Source: Mycoplasma mobile 163K
GTDB taxonomy: Bacteria > Bacillota_I > Bacilli_A > Mycoplasmatales > Metamycoplasmataceae
Assembly (NCBI RefSeq): GCF_000008365.1
Contig: NC_006908.1
Location: 270,001-302,000, forward strand
Length of the DNA: 32,000 nt
Reading direction: 5' to 3'
The notes below the pieces were generated by a model. It was given only the letters and a program-made list of their open reading frames with translations. It was not told the DNA's origin and searched no databases. Positions 12,906 through 23,168 of this stretch are shown here, piece by piece; position 1 is the stretch's first letter, and each line of letters opens with the position of its first letter. Both the position numbers and the translations under genes were made by a program.

Positions 12906-13205
12906 TTAGTAAACAAAAATTAATAAAATAGCAATGATTAAAGAATAGATAGCAGCTGTTTCAGCAATTCCCATACCAATAATCATCATTAATCTAATTT
13001 TTGCTTCAGCCTCAGGGTTTCTCCCAACAGCTTCTGCTGCTTTACCTGCACTAACACCTTGTCCAAGCCCTGTACCTAAGGCCCCAATCATTGCAAGTCC
13101 AGCTCCAACTGCAACTAAGCCATAACCAATTCCTGCTCCGTTATTTGAGCCAGCAGCATTAATAACTTCTTGTGGAAGTGCTAAATTTGTAATTAAATCA
13201 TTCAT
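12906..13205 (-). CDS. atpE: Fo ATP synthase subunit c
   Basis: The product is a hairpin proteolipid with Gly-rich helix 1 (GAGLAMIGALGTGLGQG), the loop motif RNPE, and the helix-2 carboxylate in GIAETAAIY. Confidence 0.93.
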   Translation of the reverse strand: MNDLITNLALPQEVINAAGSNNGAGIGYGLVAVGAGLAMIGALGTGLGQGVSAGKAAEAVGRNPEAEAKIRLMMIIGMGIAETAAIYSLIIAILLIFVY

Positions 13206-13224
13206 TTTAACTCTCTTTCTTTTT

Positions 13225-14016
13225 TTAAACTAATTGTAGTTTTTTTTCATTTTCTAATGTTGTTTTACTTGCTATATCTTTTCTTAAAATTTTCTTCTTC
13301 TTTTTTTCCGGAATATCTGTTTCTAAAGTTCAAAATACCATTGTGAGTATTGTAAATAAATATGCTTGAATTAGACCACCAAATAAATCAAAGTAAAGAT
13401 TTAATGCTGGCGCAAGCACAGCTCCAAGTAAATTTACTTGACCTATTATTGGAATAAAACCTCAAATATATCCTGTTACAAAATAAATAAGAAACAAAAT
13501 TGTCGATCCGCCAATAATATTCCCAAAAATCCTAAACGACAAAGAAATTATTGGTGAAAATTCTCCTATTAAAATAAATGGAAGAGTAACTTTTAAATAT
13601 TTTCTTAATTTTCTTCATTTTTGAAAAATAATTGCAATCACATATGTGCCTAATCAAGTGATTAATGCTAAAGTTAATGGAACTGAATAAGAAGTAGTAA
13701 TTGGTTCTAAACCAAAAATTCCTAAAATATTTCCAACAACTAAAAAAGTAATTAAAGTAAAAATATATGGACCAACTTTGTCAATTTTACCACCTGTAAT
13801 TGCTTGAAAATTATCATCAACAAAAGTCACATATTGTTCTGATAATAAAGCAACTCCATAAGGAGACTCATTAGGTTTTACCTTTTTAACTTTAAAATAA
13901 ACAACAACACTAATAAGAATTAAGACAAGTGTTACAAAAATCAAACTTATCAATTGAGGTTGAATTCAATTATTTATTTGACTAAGCAATATGTTTTCTT
14001 CTGTATTATTTGCCAT
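13225..14016 (-). CDS. atpB: Fo ATP synthase subunit a
   Basis: The track fragment 13654..13953 extends in both directions across TGA codons. The start is ATG 14016 after GGAAGGA, and the stop is TAA 13225..13227 (traced codon by codon from 13380). The product is polytopic and ends ...GGLIQAYLFTILTMVFW. Confidence 0.85.
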
Positions 14017-14488
14017 TTTTATTCCTTCCATTTAATTGATTTGAACTATTTTTCAATGATTTTTTTTGACTCACTATATTAATAATAAAAGTACTTATCA
14101 TTATTAAACTCAACCCAAAAATACATGTAAATATATTTATTGGAGCCAATGCAATTTTTAAATTTCTATTTTGAAAAAATATAAAATTATTTGCAAAAGA
14201 ATTTATAAATAAAATACCAATAATAATTAATCCTTGTAAAACAAAGAAAAAATTATAATATATAAAAACCCATTTAAATGCTTTTCTTTTTGTATTTAAA
14301 AAAGTAAAAAATCTTTTGTTAAAGCTAATTTTTAATCAAAAATTCAAATAAGATATTCCAGATCCGATTAAAAATCCTAAAACTCATGAGTAATTCAAAA
14401 AGCTAATTATTACAAAAATTGAAAAAAATAATCCAAAAAGAACCAAGGAAACTTTTAAGATACTCTTTAAAAAGTTTTCATTTTTCAA
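14006..14488 (-). CDS. AtpI-like small hydrophobic protein at the head of the atp operon (TTG start proposed)
   Basis: 160 codons are free of TAA/TAG (verified block by block) and contain 2 TGA. The product has four hydrophobic segments. The only plausible start is TTG 14488, 5 nt after GGGAG. Its stop (14006..14008) overlaps the atpB start by 11 nt. Confidence 0.5.
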
Positions 14489-14600
14489 ATTTTCTCCCGG
14501 GCAAAACTAATTGCCTAAAATAATTTTAATACAATTAATTTTATTTTAAAATAATTTCAAAAATTATTCAAATGTTGAGTTATTAAATAATGGAGGGAAA

Positions 14601-14948
14601 ATGAACACAATTAAAACTAAGCAATTTTCTGAAGAAATAATAAAAATTCAAACTATTCCATTTAAAGATCGAAAAAAAATAATTTCAAATCTTTGTTTGT
14701 TTTATAAAAGTAATAAATTGAAGTCCAATTTAAAAAATGAAGAACTTGAAAAAACAGAATATGAAAATATTTCATTATTTGAAAAAATTCTTTTACTACT
14801 TACTAAAGAGCAAAGATATTTTATAAAAAAATCTTTTTTAGAAGATGAAAAATTTCATTGATCTAAAAGTTATTACTCAAAATCTACATTCTACAAAAAA
14901 TTGCATGACTCAATAAACAATTTTCTATTTTTGATATATGTTAATTAA
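14601..14948 (+). CDS. Small HTH protein resembling sigma-70 region 4 / YlxM
   Basis: RBS GGAGGGAAA precedes the ATG. ORF 14601..14861 continues through one TGA to TAA 14946..14948. The C-terminal half LTKEQRYFIKKSFLEDEKFHW-SKSYYSKSTFYKKLHDSINNFL fits the LT..QR...-(HTH)-S..T.Y..l pattern of sigma region 4 / YlxM proteins. Confidence 0.45.
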
Positions 14949-16059
14949 TTTTAATCAAATAAATCAATCACAAATAGTAACTCAAGAATTCAAAATAAAT
15001 TTAGCTTCTATTAATAATGGAATTTCAAGTGACATAGAAAAACAATCAATTGAAATAAAAAGATATTTAAAAGAAGACTTTTTTGCAATAAAAACCAATT
15101 TTATATCAAATTTAAACATTAAAAAATTTGTAGAAGGAATTCAAATAAACCAAAAAGAATGTGGAAATACTGAAATATTATCATATGACCAACAAAAAGG
15201 AATTACTTTCACACCTCAATATTTTAAAAATATGAAATTTAATGATGTCTCTAAAGTTGCTCATTATTTTAATACTATTAATTCTTTAAATGAAAGTAAA
15301 TTGCATTTTCTTTCAACAATTTCTATTGAAATGCAAAATATAAAATCTTCTTTTCAAATTTTTGATGATCATATTCATTTTAAAATCCCTCGAATATTTA
15401 AATTAACATTTCAATCATCTCCAAATCAATTTGGTAAGAAATTATCCTTTTATAAATCTGAAATTTCATATCACAATATTATTTTTGTACCTCAAAAATG
15501 AAAAAGAAATATTTTTAATAGAGTAGTTTACAAAGTTTCAGTTTTTAATGATGATGATTCAAACATAGATAGGGATTTAAAAATTGTTTCTAAAAATTTA
15601 ACAAATGTTCCGCTTGAAAATAGCAAATCATTAAAAACTGTGTTCAAAAAAATAGAATCTCAAGAGACCTACTTAGGTCATAAAATAAATGGGCAAATCG
15701 AAATAGAAGATGATACATTTGTTGAAAATAATCTTTTATATAAAGGTATAAGCAATAATTCTGGTCAAGGGTTGTTTATTTCAAATAGTTTCAATAAGGA
15801 TTTTAATTCAATAATAGATATAGATTTAAATGGTTTAAAACAAGGAATTAGTTTAGGTTATCATCAAAATTTTAAAAGAGAGATTGAAATAAATGAAAAA
15901 ACTTTGAAATTAATTGAAATATCCAATAATGAAGCAAGTTTAATAAAGATGGATTTTTTTCAATTACATAAAGATCTATTTGCGAAAATTATTCAAGGAA
16001 ATTACGCTCTAGAAGAAATAAAAAAATTGAGTTTTGAGAAAAAAGAATATGAAAATTAA
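14938..16059 (+). CDS. Hypothetical cytoplasmic protein (373 aa), coupled to the HTH gene
   Basis: ORFs 14938..15501 and 15640..16059 share one phase and join across a TGA (…VPQKW-KRNIF...). The ATG overlaps the upstream stop by 11 nt. I recognise no motif, signal peptide or TM segment. Confidence 0.6.
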
Positions 16060-16453
16060 AAAAATATGAACTAAAATTAAGATTAATTGAAAGAATTATT
16101 TAATTTTCTTTTCCCCATTTTTAATTACTATTCCAGTTATTTCTTATTTTGTAATTACAAGTAATAAAAATGAAAATATCAAGATAATTAATTTTAAAAA
16201 TCCTCTCTCTTTTCCTGAGATAAAAATAGAAAAATATAACAAATTTTTGAAGAAAAACTTAAATGGAGAATTAAAAATTGATGATAGTTTTTTGGTTCAT
16301 ATTATTAAAGATATTTTAGTAAAATTTTCAGAACATAATCTAGATTTAACATATGCTACAAAAATCGAATCTGAAAAACTTGCATTTATTTTTTTTAAAT
16401 GAGATTATAAAAACCAAATTAATACAAAAAATTTCAAAATAGAACTTCAATAA
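16049..16453 (+). CDS. Hypothetical membrane-anchored protein (134 aa), coupled to the 373-aa gene
   Basis: I verified it codon by codon. ATG 16049 overlaps the upstream stop by 11 nt. It contains 3 TGA and ends at TAA 16451..16453. The N-terminus MKIKKIW-TKIKINW-KNYLIFFSPFLITIPVISYFVIT looks like a signal-anchor and has no lipobox Cys. Confidence 0.55.
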
Positions 16454-16470
16454 TATATAATTATTTTATT

Positions 16471-16710
16471 ATGAAGAAAACAAGACAAGAAATACAAGAA
16501 ATAATTTTCCAAGCATTAAAAAGTAAAAATGCATCATCTTTTGTAGAAGATTCAAAAATAAGTGAAATAGGTATCGATAGTTTAGATCTTGTAGAGCTAA
16601 TTATTGAAAATGAAGAAAAATTTTTAGTACAAGTTTCAGATGATGAATTGACAAAATTAAAATCTGTTAAAGAAGTTATTGACTTGTTTGACAAAAAAAT
16701 AAACAAATAA
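16471..16710 (+). CDS. acpP: Acyl carrier protein
   Basis: The 79-aa product carries the phosphopantetheine-attachment motif IGIDSLDLVELIIENEEKF. Confidence 0.85.
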   Translation: MKKTRQEIQEIIFQALKSKNASSFVEDSKISEIGIDSLDLVELIIENEEKFLVQVSDDELTKLKSVKEVIDLFDKKINK

Positions 16711-16731
16711 AATTCTAAAAAAATAAAAAAA

Positions 16732-16807
16732 TGGCAGGAGTGATAGGTCTCGAACCCACAACATACGGGGTTGAAGCCCGTTGTTCTACCAATTGAACTA
16801 CACTCCT
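16732..16807 (-). tRNA. trnW: tRNA-Trp (anticodon UCA), the UGA/UGG decoder
   Basis: The reverse complement folds as a 76-nt cloverleaf. Acceptor AGGAGTG pairs with CACTCCT, the D arm is GTTC/GAAC, the anticodon stem is ACGGG/CCCGT with loop CTTCAAC, the T loop is TTCGAGA, and CCA is encoded. Confidence 0.92.
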
Positions 16808-16820
16808 ACAATTCATACTC

Positions 16821-16828
16821 ATTATACA
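16821..16828 (-). promoter_or_regulatory. Extended -10 box (TGTATAAT) for tRNA-Trp
   Basis: The reverse complement of ATTATACA is TGTATAAT, about 13 nt upstream of the mature tRNA 5' end. Confidence 0.45.
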
Positions 16829-16848
16829 AAAAAACAATTTTTTTAAAT

Positions 16849-16876
16849 AAAAAATAAAGAAGTATCTTTATTTTTT
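16849..16876 (-). terminator. Hairpin terminator of the FNT gene
   Basis: AAAAAATAAAGA / loop AGTA / TCTTTATTTTTT forms a perfect 12-bp A/T-rich stem that overlaps the FNT stop codon. Confidence 0.5.
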
Positions 16877-17803
16877 ATTTTCATCTTTTTTATCTGGATC
16901 TTCAGAATCTGTTAAATTTCCTGCATTATCTTTCATTCTTTGTTTTTCGCTTTTTGATCTAATTTTCACAACCGATAAATATGCATACGGTAATAAGATA
17001 GAACCTGCGAATCAATTACCTATTAAAGCTGGAATTAAATTAGAATGCAATGCTATAGAAGTTCAATCAATAAGTTTTTTACCATAATTTACGCTGTTAT
17101 TTCCAATTGTTACAATCCCTCCAGCAATAATCGGATTATCACCATGCAATCACCCCATAGCAAATAGTATCGCATTAGCTACTACGTGTTGAAACCCTAT
17201 AATTGCAAAAATTCATATTGGAAAGAAAATGATAAAGATTTTTCCAATTGACTGTGTTGTTGCTAGAGAAGCTCAAACTGTTCCTGCGACAATTATATTG
17301 CATAAAATAGCGGAAAATATAATAGTTCATCATTGAAAATCTATTTTTTTATCAATAATATATTTTAGAACAATCAATTGATTGTCATTAAAAATACTTC
17401 CTGCTCTAATTAAAATAGCAATTAAAAATCCACCAATAGTGTTACCAAGTAAAACATATCCTCATTTTCTAAGCAATGGAGAAAATTTTGTTTTCTTTGT
17501 GATGTAAGCAAGCATTGATAAATTATCGCTTGTAAAGAGACTTCCACCTAAAAAAACAATTAACATTAATCCTACAGGAAAGGTTGCGCTTGCCGCAACC
17601 ACAACTGATCCATCAAAATGTACTGAATCAATTCCTATCAAATTCCCTTGAAATGCTGCAGCAACATATATGTAAGCGATGTATCCGATTCCAACATAAA
17701 TTGATGCTAAAATTCCCAGAACAATAATTTTTCATCAATCCGCACTTGCTTTTTTCAATGCAAAATCCATTGCATTATCAAAATTTGATTTGTAATCAAG
17801 CAT
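16868..17803 (-). CDS. Formate/nitrite transporter (FNT) family channel
   Basis: It is absent from the ORF track because it contains many TGA codons. RBS AAGAGG precedes ATG 17803. The translation reads MLDYKSNFDNAMDFALKKASADWW... and contains the FNT signature FPIWIFAIIGFQHVVANA. The stop is TAA 16868..16870. Only the first ~100 nt and the phase of the stop were checked codon by codon; the rest was read through without positional verification. Confidence 0.75.
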
Positions 17804-17917
17804 TTTTGCCTCTTTTTAAGTATTTTTAAGTTTAGAATCTAATAATTTTGTTATTAAAGACCTTAAAAATTATATTACTTTATTAAAAAAATAAAAAGAA
17901 AAAAACAATTAAATTAA

Positions 17918-17925
17918 TGTATAAT
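17918..17925 (+). promoter_or_regulatory. Extended -10 box (TGTATAAT) in the long intergenic region
   Basis: It is an exact TGTATAAT, 24 nt upstream of an RBS-preceded ATG at 17949. Confidence 0.35.
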
Positions 17926-17948
17926 AACCAAATTATTAAAAGGAAATT

Positions 17949-18128
17949 ATGAAAAATTCAAAAGGCATTTTTTTAAATTTGAAATTATTTTTTAGAAATA
18001 TTTTTCATCTTAAAATTTTTAAGATTTTTCTCAAACATTTTTTTTCATTAGAAAAAAAATATACACTTTGAAAATTAAAAAAGATTTTAAAGAGTCACTA
18101 CATTTGTTTTTTATTGATGAAAATTTAA
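17949..18128 (+). CDS. Possible small basic protein or leader peptide (59 aa)
   Basis: AAAAGGAAATT precedes the ATG. I verified 59 codons with one TGA: MKNSKGIFLNLKLFFRNIFHLKIFKIFLKHFFSLEKKYTLW-KLKKILKSHYICFLLMKI. I recognise no homology. Confidence 0.25.
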
Positions 18129-18388
18129 AGCATAGATTTAAATTAATAAAATTATATTTTTAGCTATAGCAATATTATTTAAAAAGACAAGTGCTGCTTT
18201 AAAAACTTTAAGTTTTGATGATCATTACTAATATAATGAAGGCAAATTTAAATATTAAAAAATTTGCATAGTTAATTATTTAATAAAATTAAAGGAGTGC
18301 ACTTCAAAGTGTAAAATGTAAATAGATTTTTAAAATTTATCAATAAATTCCCTTATTAAATAAGAGAAAAATAAAAATAGGAGCAAAA

Positions 18389-20125
18389 ATGTTTTTTTCA
18401 AAAAATAAAAACTTAAAAAATAGAAATGAAATGAAAAATGTAAAAATTTCTAAAAAAATTGGGTTTTTGTCAGTTATTTTATTAACTATTGGCTCATCAA
18501 TAGGTGCCGGAATTTTTTTTAAAAATAATGAAGTTGTAAGAAATGCTACTTTTTTAAACAATCCAACAGGAACAATTACATTAACAATTTTATCTTGAGT
18601 TATAGCTTCTATTAGTGTTATTGCTATGGCTTTGGCCCTTTTAGAGATAGTGAGTGCTCAAAAGGATGATAGAGGAATTGTTGGTTGGACAAAAATTTTT
18701 ACTCATAAAGTTATATACAAATCATGTAAAAATTTCTTTGTATATTTATATATGCCATTTAATTATTTTGTGCTACCATACTATGCACTTCAATCATTCC
18801 AAAATGCAATAGGTTTTGATTGACCATGATTTGTTTATATGATTGTATCTTTTTTCATATCAACATGATTTATATTTATTTCAGGTTTATCTTCGAAAAT
18901 TGGAAATATTCAAAACTGAATAATTACTTTAGTTAAGTTTTTACCTTTAATTTTTGCAATTTTAATAGGATATATTATTGTAGGGTTTCCATCAACAAGT
19001 GGAATATTTCCTTCATTGCCACCAAGTCCGACAGAGCAATTTCCTAATGCTTTATCAGGAAACCCTTTCAATGTTTTAAATCCTGGTTTAGGATTAATTC
19101 TTTCAATTCCTGCAATTTTCTTTGCTTTTGATGGATTTTATGTAGCAGCAGGAATTCAATCTCAAGTGAAAAATCCCAAAAGAACTTCTCTAGCTTTAGG
19201 AATTGGCTTAGCAATTACATCATTTGTTTATATGTTAATTACAATTTCGATTATAATTGTTTCAAATGGATTTGGTAATTTTGAATCTTCTGGAAATATT
19301 CAATCAAACGGAATTACTCAATGATTTTTTGAAAATAATGCCACTGCTGTACTAGTACTAATTAATTTTATTATTGGGTTTGGAATTCTAGGAATCATTA
19401 ATGGTTTTTCAATGTATTCACCTCTTTTATATGAAGATTTAATCAGAGATAAAGAAATTCCATTTACAAGTAAATTTATTCATAAGTTGAATAAAAATAG
19501 GCCTTGAGTAGGAATTTGAGTTAGCTATATTATAGCTATGATTGTATTTATTGTGTTTAGTCTTGTTGGTTCTTTAACTTATTTTAATTCTAGCGAATAT
19601 GGAGATACTCTAAATTTGGTTAGCTTAATTAGTTTTACAGGAACATGAACAGAAGTATTAAGTTCAACTACTTTAAAAGTTAATATTGATCCAGAAGTAA
19701 ATAACTTATTTTCAATGGTAGATTTAATGGCGAATTGGGCTTCATTGTTTGCTTTTGTGTATATTGGAGCTGCAATAATAGGTGCTATAATAAATAGAAA
19801 AACAAAAAAAATAGAAGTGAAAAAATCAAAATTTTTCTTAATCGCAGCTTGAACTTCAGCAATTGTAGTTAATTTAGGAATGTTATTTGTTTTTATAGGT
19901 GCCTTTTCAAATTTAATAATGGTTGCTTTTAATTTTCAAAGTTATGTTATAAATAACGGATCCGCTCAAGCAACAATCATATTAAATGGTCAGGTCGCCA
20001 GATTTATAGTTTTAATGATTTTTATTGCGATTGCTTTTTTACCAATTTTTTGAGATAAGTATTCTGAGAAAAGGAATCAAATTGAAGAATCAGAACTTAA
20101 AATTATTAAGAAAAAGAAATGTTAG
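18389..20125 (+). CDS. APC-superfamily amino acid permease; possibly arginine/ornithine transport, judged from context only
   Basis: RBS TAGGAGCAAAA precedes the ATG. ORFs 18389.., 18626.. and 19016.. share one phase and join through TGA codons to TAG 20123..20125. The 578-aa product is polytopic, with TIGSSIGAGIFF and FFAFDGFY motifs. It lies directly upstream of arcA. Confidence 0.8.
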
Positions 20126-20202
20126 TTTAAATTTTTGCTTTTTGAATAGTTGCAAAATGACTATTTTATTTTTAAAGACTTTTTGTTATATATATTAATT
20201 AA

Positions 20203-21459
<1,257 letters not shown>

Positions 21460-21471
21460 GAAAATAAAAAT

Positions 21472-21495
21472 AAAAAACACATTCATGTGTTTTTT
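21472..21495. terminator. Bidirectional terminator between arcA (+) and tuf (-)
   Basis: AAAAAACACA / loop TTCA / TGTGTTTTTT forms a 10-bp stem flanked by A-rich sequence on one side and T-rich sequence on the other. Confidence 0.7.
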
Positions 21496-21538
21496 ATTTT
21501 GAGTTTAAGATTAATAACTTTAATTGTTTAATAATAAA

Positions 21539-22741
21539 TTATTTAACAATTTCTGTAACTGAACCAGCTCCAACTGTTCTTCCACCTTCTCTAATAGAGA
21601 ATTTAGTTCCAACTTCAACTGCAATAGGTGATATTAAATCAACTATTAAATCAACATTATCTCCAGGAGTTACCATTTCAATATTATTTGGTAATTCAAT
21701 TCCTCCTGTTACGTCAGTTGTTCTAAAATAGAATTGTGGTTTATAGTTTTTGAAGAATGGAGTGTGACGCCCTCCTTCTTCTTTTTTAAGAGCATAAATT
21801 GCTGCTTTAAATTTTGTGTGAGGAACAATTGTACCTGGTTTAGCTAATACTTGACCTCTTTCAATTTGTTCACGGTTAATTCCTCTTAAAAGCAATCCTG
21901 CATTATCACCTGCAAGAGCTGTTTTAAGATTTTTACGGAACATTTCGATACCTGTAACTGTTGTTCTTTTTGGTTTTTCTGTGTACCCTACAATATCAAC
22001 TTCTTCATTGATTTTCAATTCTCCACGTTCAACTTTACCAGTAGCAACAGTTCCACGTCCTGTAATTGTGAAAACATCTTCAACAGCCATCAAGAATGGT
22101 TTATCAACTTCACGAAGAGGAGCATCGATTCAATTGTCAACTTGACTCATTAATTCCATAACTTTATCTTCTCAAGCTTTTTCACCATTAAGTGCTTTAA
22201 GAGCCGATCCTCTAACAACAGGAGTATTTTCTCCATCAAATTCATATTGAGATAATAAGTCTCTAATTTCAAATTCAACTAAATCAGCCATTTCTTCAGC
22301 TTCTGATCCACTTCCTAATAAATCTACTTTATTTAGGAAAACTACCATTTTAGGAACTCCAACTTGTTTTGATAACAAAATGTGTTCTCTAGTTTGAGGC
22401 ATAGGTCCATCTGTTGCAGCTACTACTAAAATAGCCCCATCCATTTGTGCAGCTCCAGTGATCATGTTTTTAACATAATCGGCATGCCCAGGACAATCCA
22501 CGTGAGCATAGTGTCTTTTTTCAGTATTGTATTCAATGTGAGAAGTATTAATTGTAATCCCACGTTCTCTTTCTTCAGGAGCATTATCAATAGAACCATA
22601 GTCTCTTGCTTCATTTCCTTCGACATGTTTTGCTAAAACTGTAGCAATTGCAGCTGTTAAAGTTGTTTTTCCATGATCTACGTGACCAATTGTTCCAATA
22701 TTAACATGTTCCTTTGATCTATCAAAATCAATTTTTGCCAT
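21539..22741 (-). CDS. tuf: Elongation factor Tu
   Basis: [18 protein letters not shown] and NKVD motifs are present. ORFs 21539..22093 and 22172..22741 share one phase and are bridged across TGA codons. Confidence 0.98.
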
Positions 22742-22905
22742 ATTTTTTTATCCTTTCGATTTATAATTTCTGTTCTAACGCGTTAAAACCACCAAAGTAT
22801 AGTCTTTCATCTATAACCTATCCTTGCAATAAAACAGTTAATTATTACTTATTATTTTATCAAATATTCTAATATTTTTTATCTTATGTTCAAGCTTTTT
22901 TAAGC

Positions 22906-23160
22906 TTATTTTCTAATTCTTTCTGAAATAAATGGAATTAAAGCCATAATTCTTGCTCTTTTAATAACGTTTGAAATTAATCTTTGATGTTTAGCACAGT
23001 TTCCTGTGATTTTCGAAGATAAAATTTTTCCATGATTATTGATGTATTTTGAAACTAATTCAACATCTTTGTAATCGATATATTTAATTTTTTCAACATG
23101 GAAAAAGCAAGGTTTTGGCTTGAAAATTCTATTTGATTTTTTACTTATTATTCTTTTCAT
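22906..23160 (-). CDS. rpsR: 30S ribosomal protein S18
   Basis: The product contains IDYKDVELVSKYINNHGKILSSKITGNCAKHQRLISNVIKRARIMALIPF. I prefer ATG 23160 (after AGGGAGAATA) to the track's upstream start at 23187. Confidence 0.9.
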   Translation of the reverse strand: MKRIISKKSNRIFKPKPCFFHVEKIKYIDYKDVELVSKYINNHGKILSSKITGNCAKHQRLISNVIKRARIMALIPFISERIRK

Positions 23161-23168
23161 TATTCTCC

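Noticed and set aside
14495-14500. CCCGGG hexamers at 14495..14500 and 27730..27735, which are rare GC-only sites in this genome.
   Set aside because: There are only two isolated occurrences, one in an SD-like context and one inside a coding frame. They have no repeat architecture or flanking similarity.
16461-16706. An 81-aa minus-strand ORF that fully overlaps acpP.
   Set aside because: The plus-strand product has the diagnostic ACP DSLD motif, and the antisense ORF has no recognisable features.
18283-18325. A 14-nt identity (AAAATTAAAGGAGT) between 18283..18296 and the arcA translation-initiation region (20211..20224), followed by ATG-TAA. I considered it as a remnant of a duplicated arcA 5' end.
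   Set aside because: The match is short and A/T-rich, and similarity fades immediately after the SD. Chance plus shared SD consensus is sufficient to explain it. An alignment against the whole genome would be needed to revive the idea.
22777-22786. A 10-bp perfect palindrome, TAACGCGTTA, in the tuf 5' leader. It is conspicuously GC-containing in an A+T-rich spacer.
   Set aside because: It is a single short palindrome with no second half-site or repeat, and I know of no tuf operator. It could be a restriction/modification-type site or chance. I noted it but it is not strong enough to be a finding.
22892-22907. AAGCTTTTTTAAGCTT hairpin at the rpsR stop, considered as a terminator.
   Set aside because: The stem is only 6 bp and no U-run follows on the transcribed (minus) strand. 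rpsR may read through toward tuf or terminate by other means.
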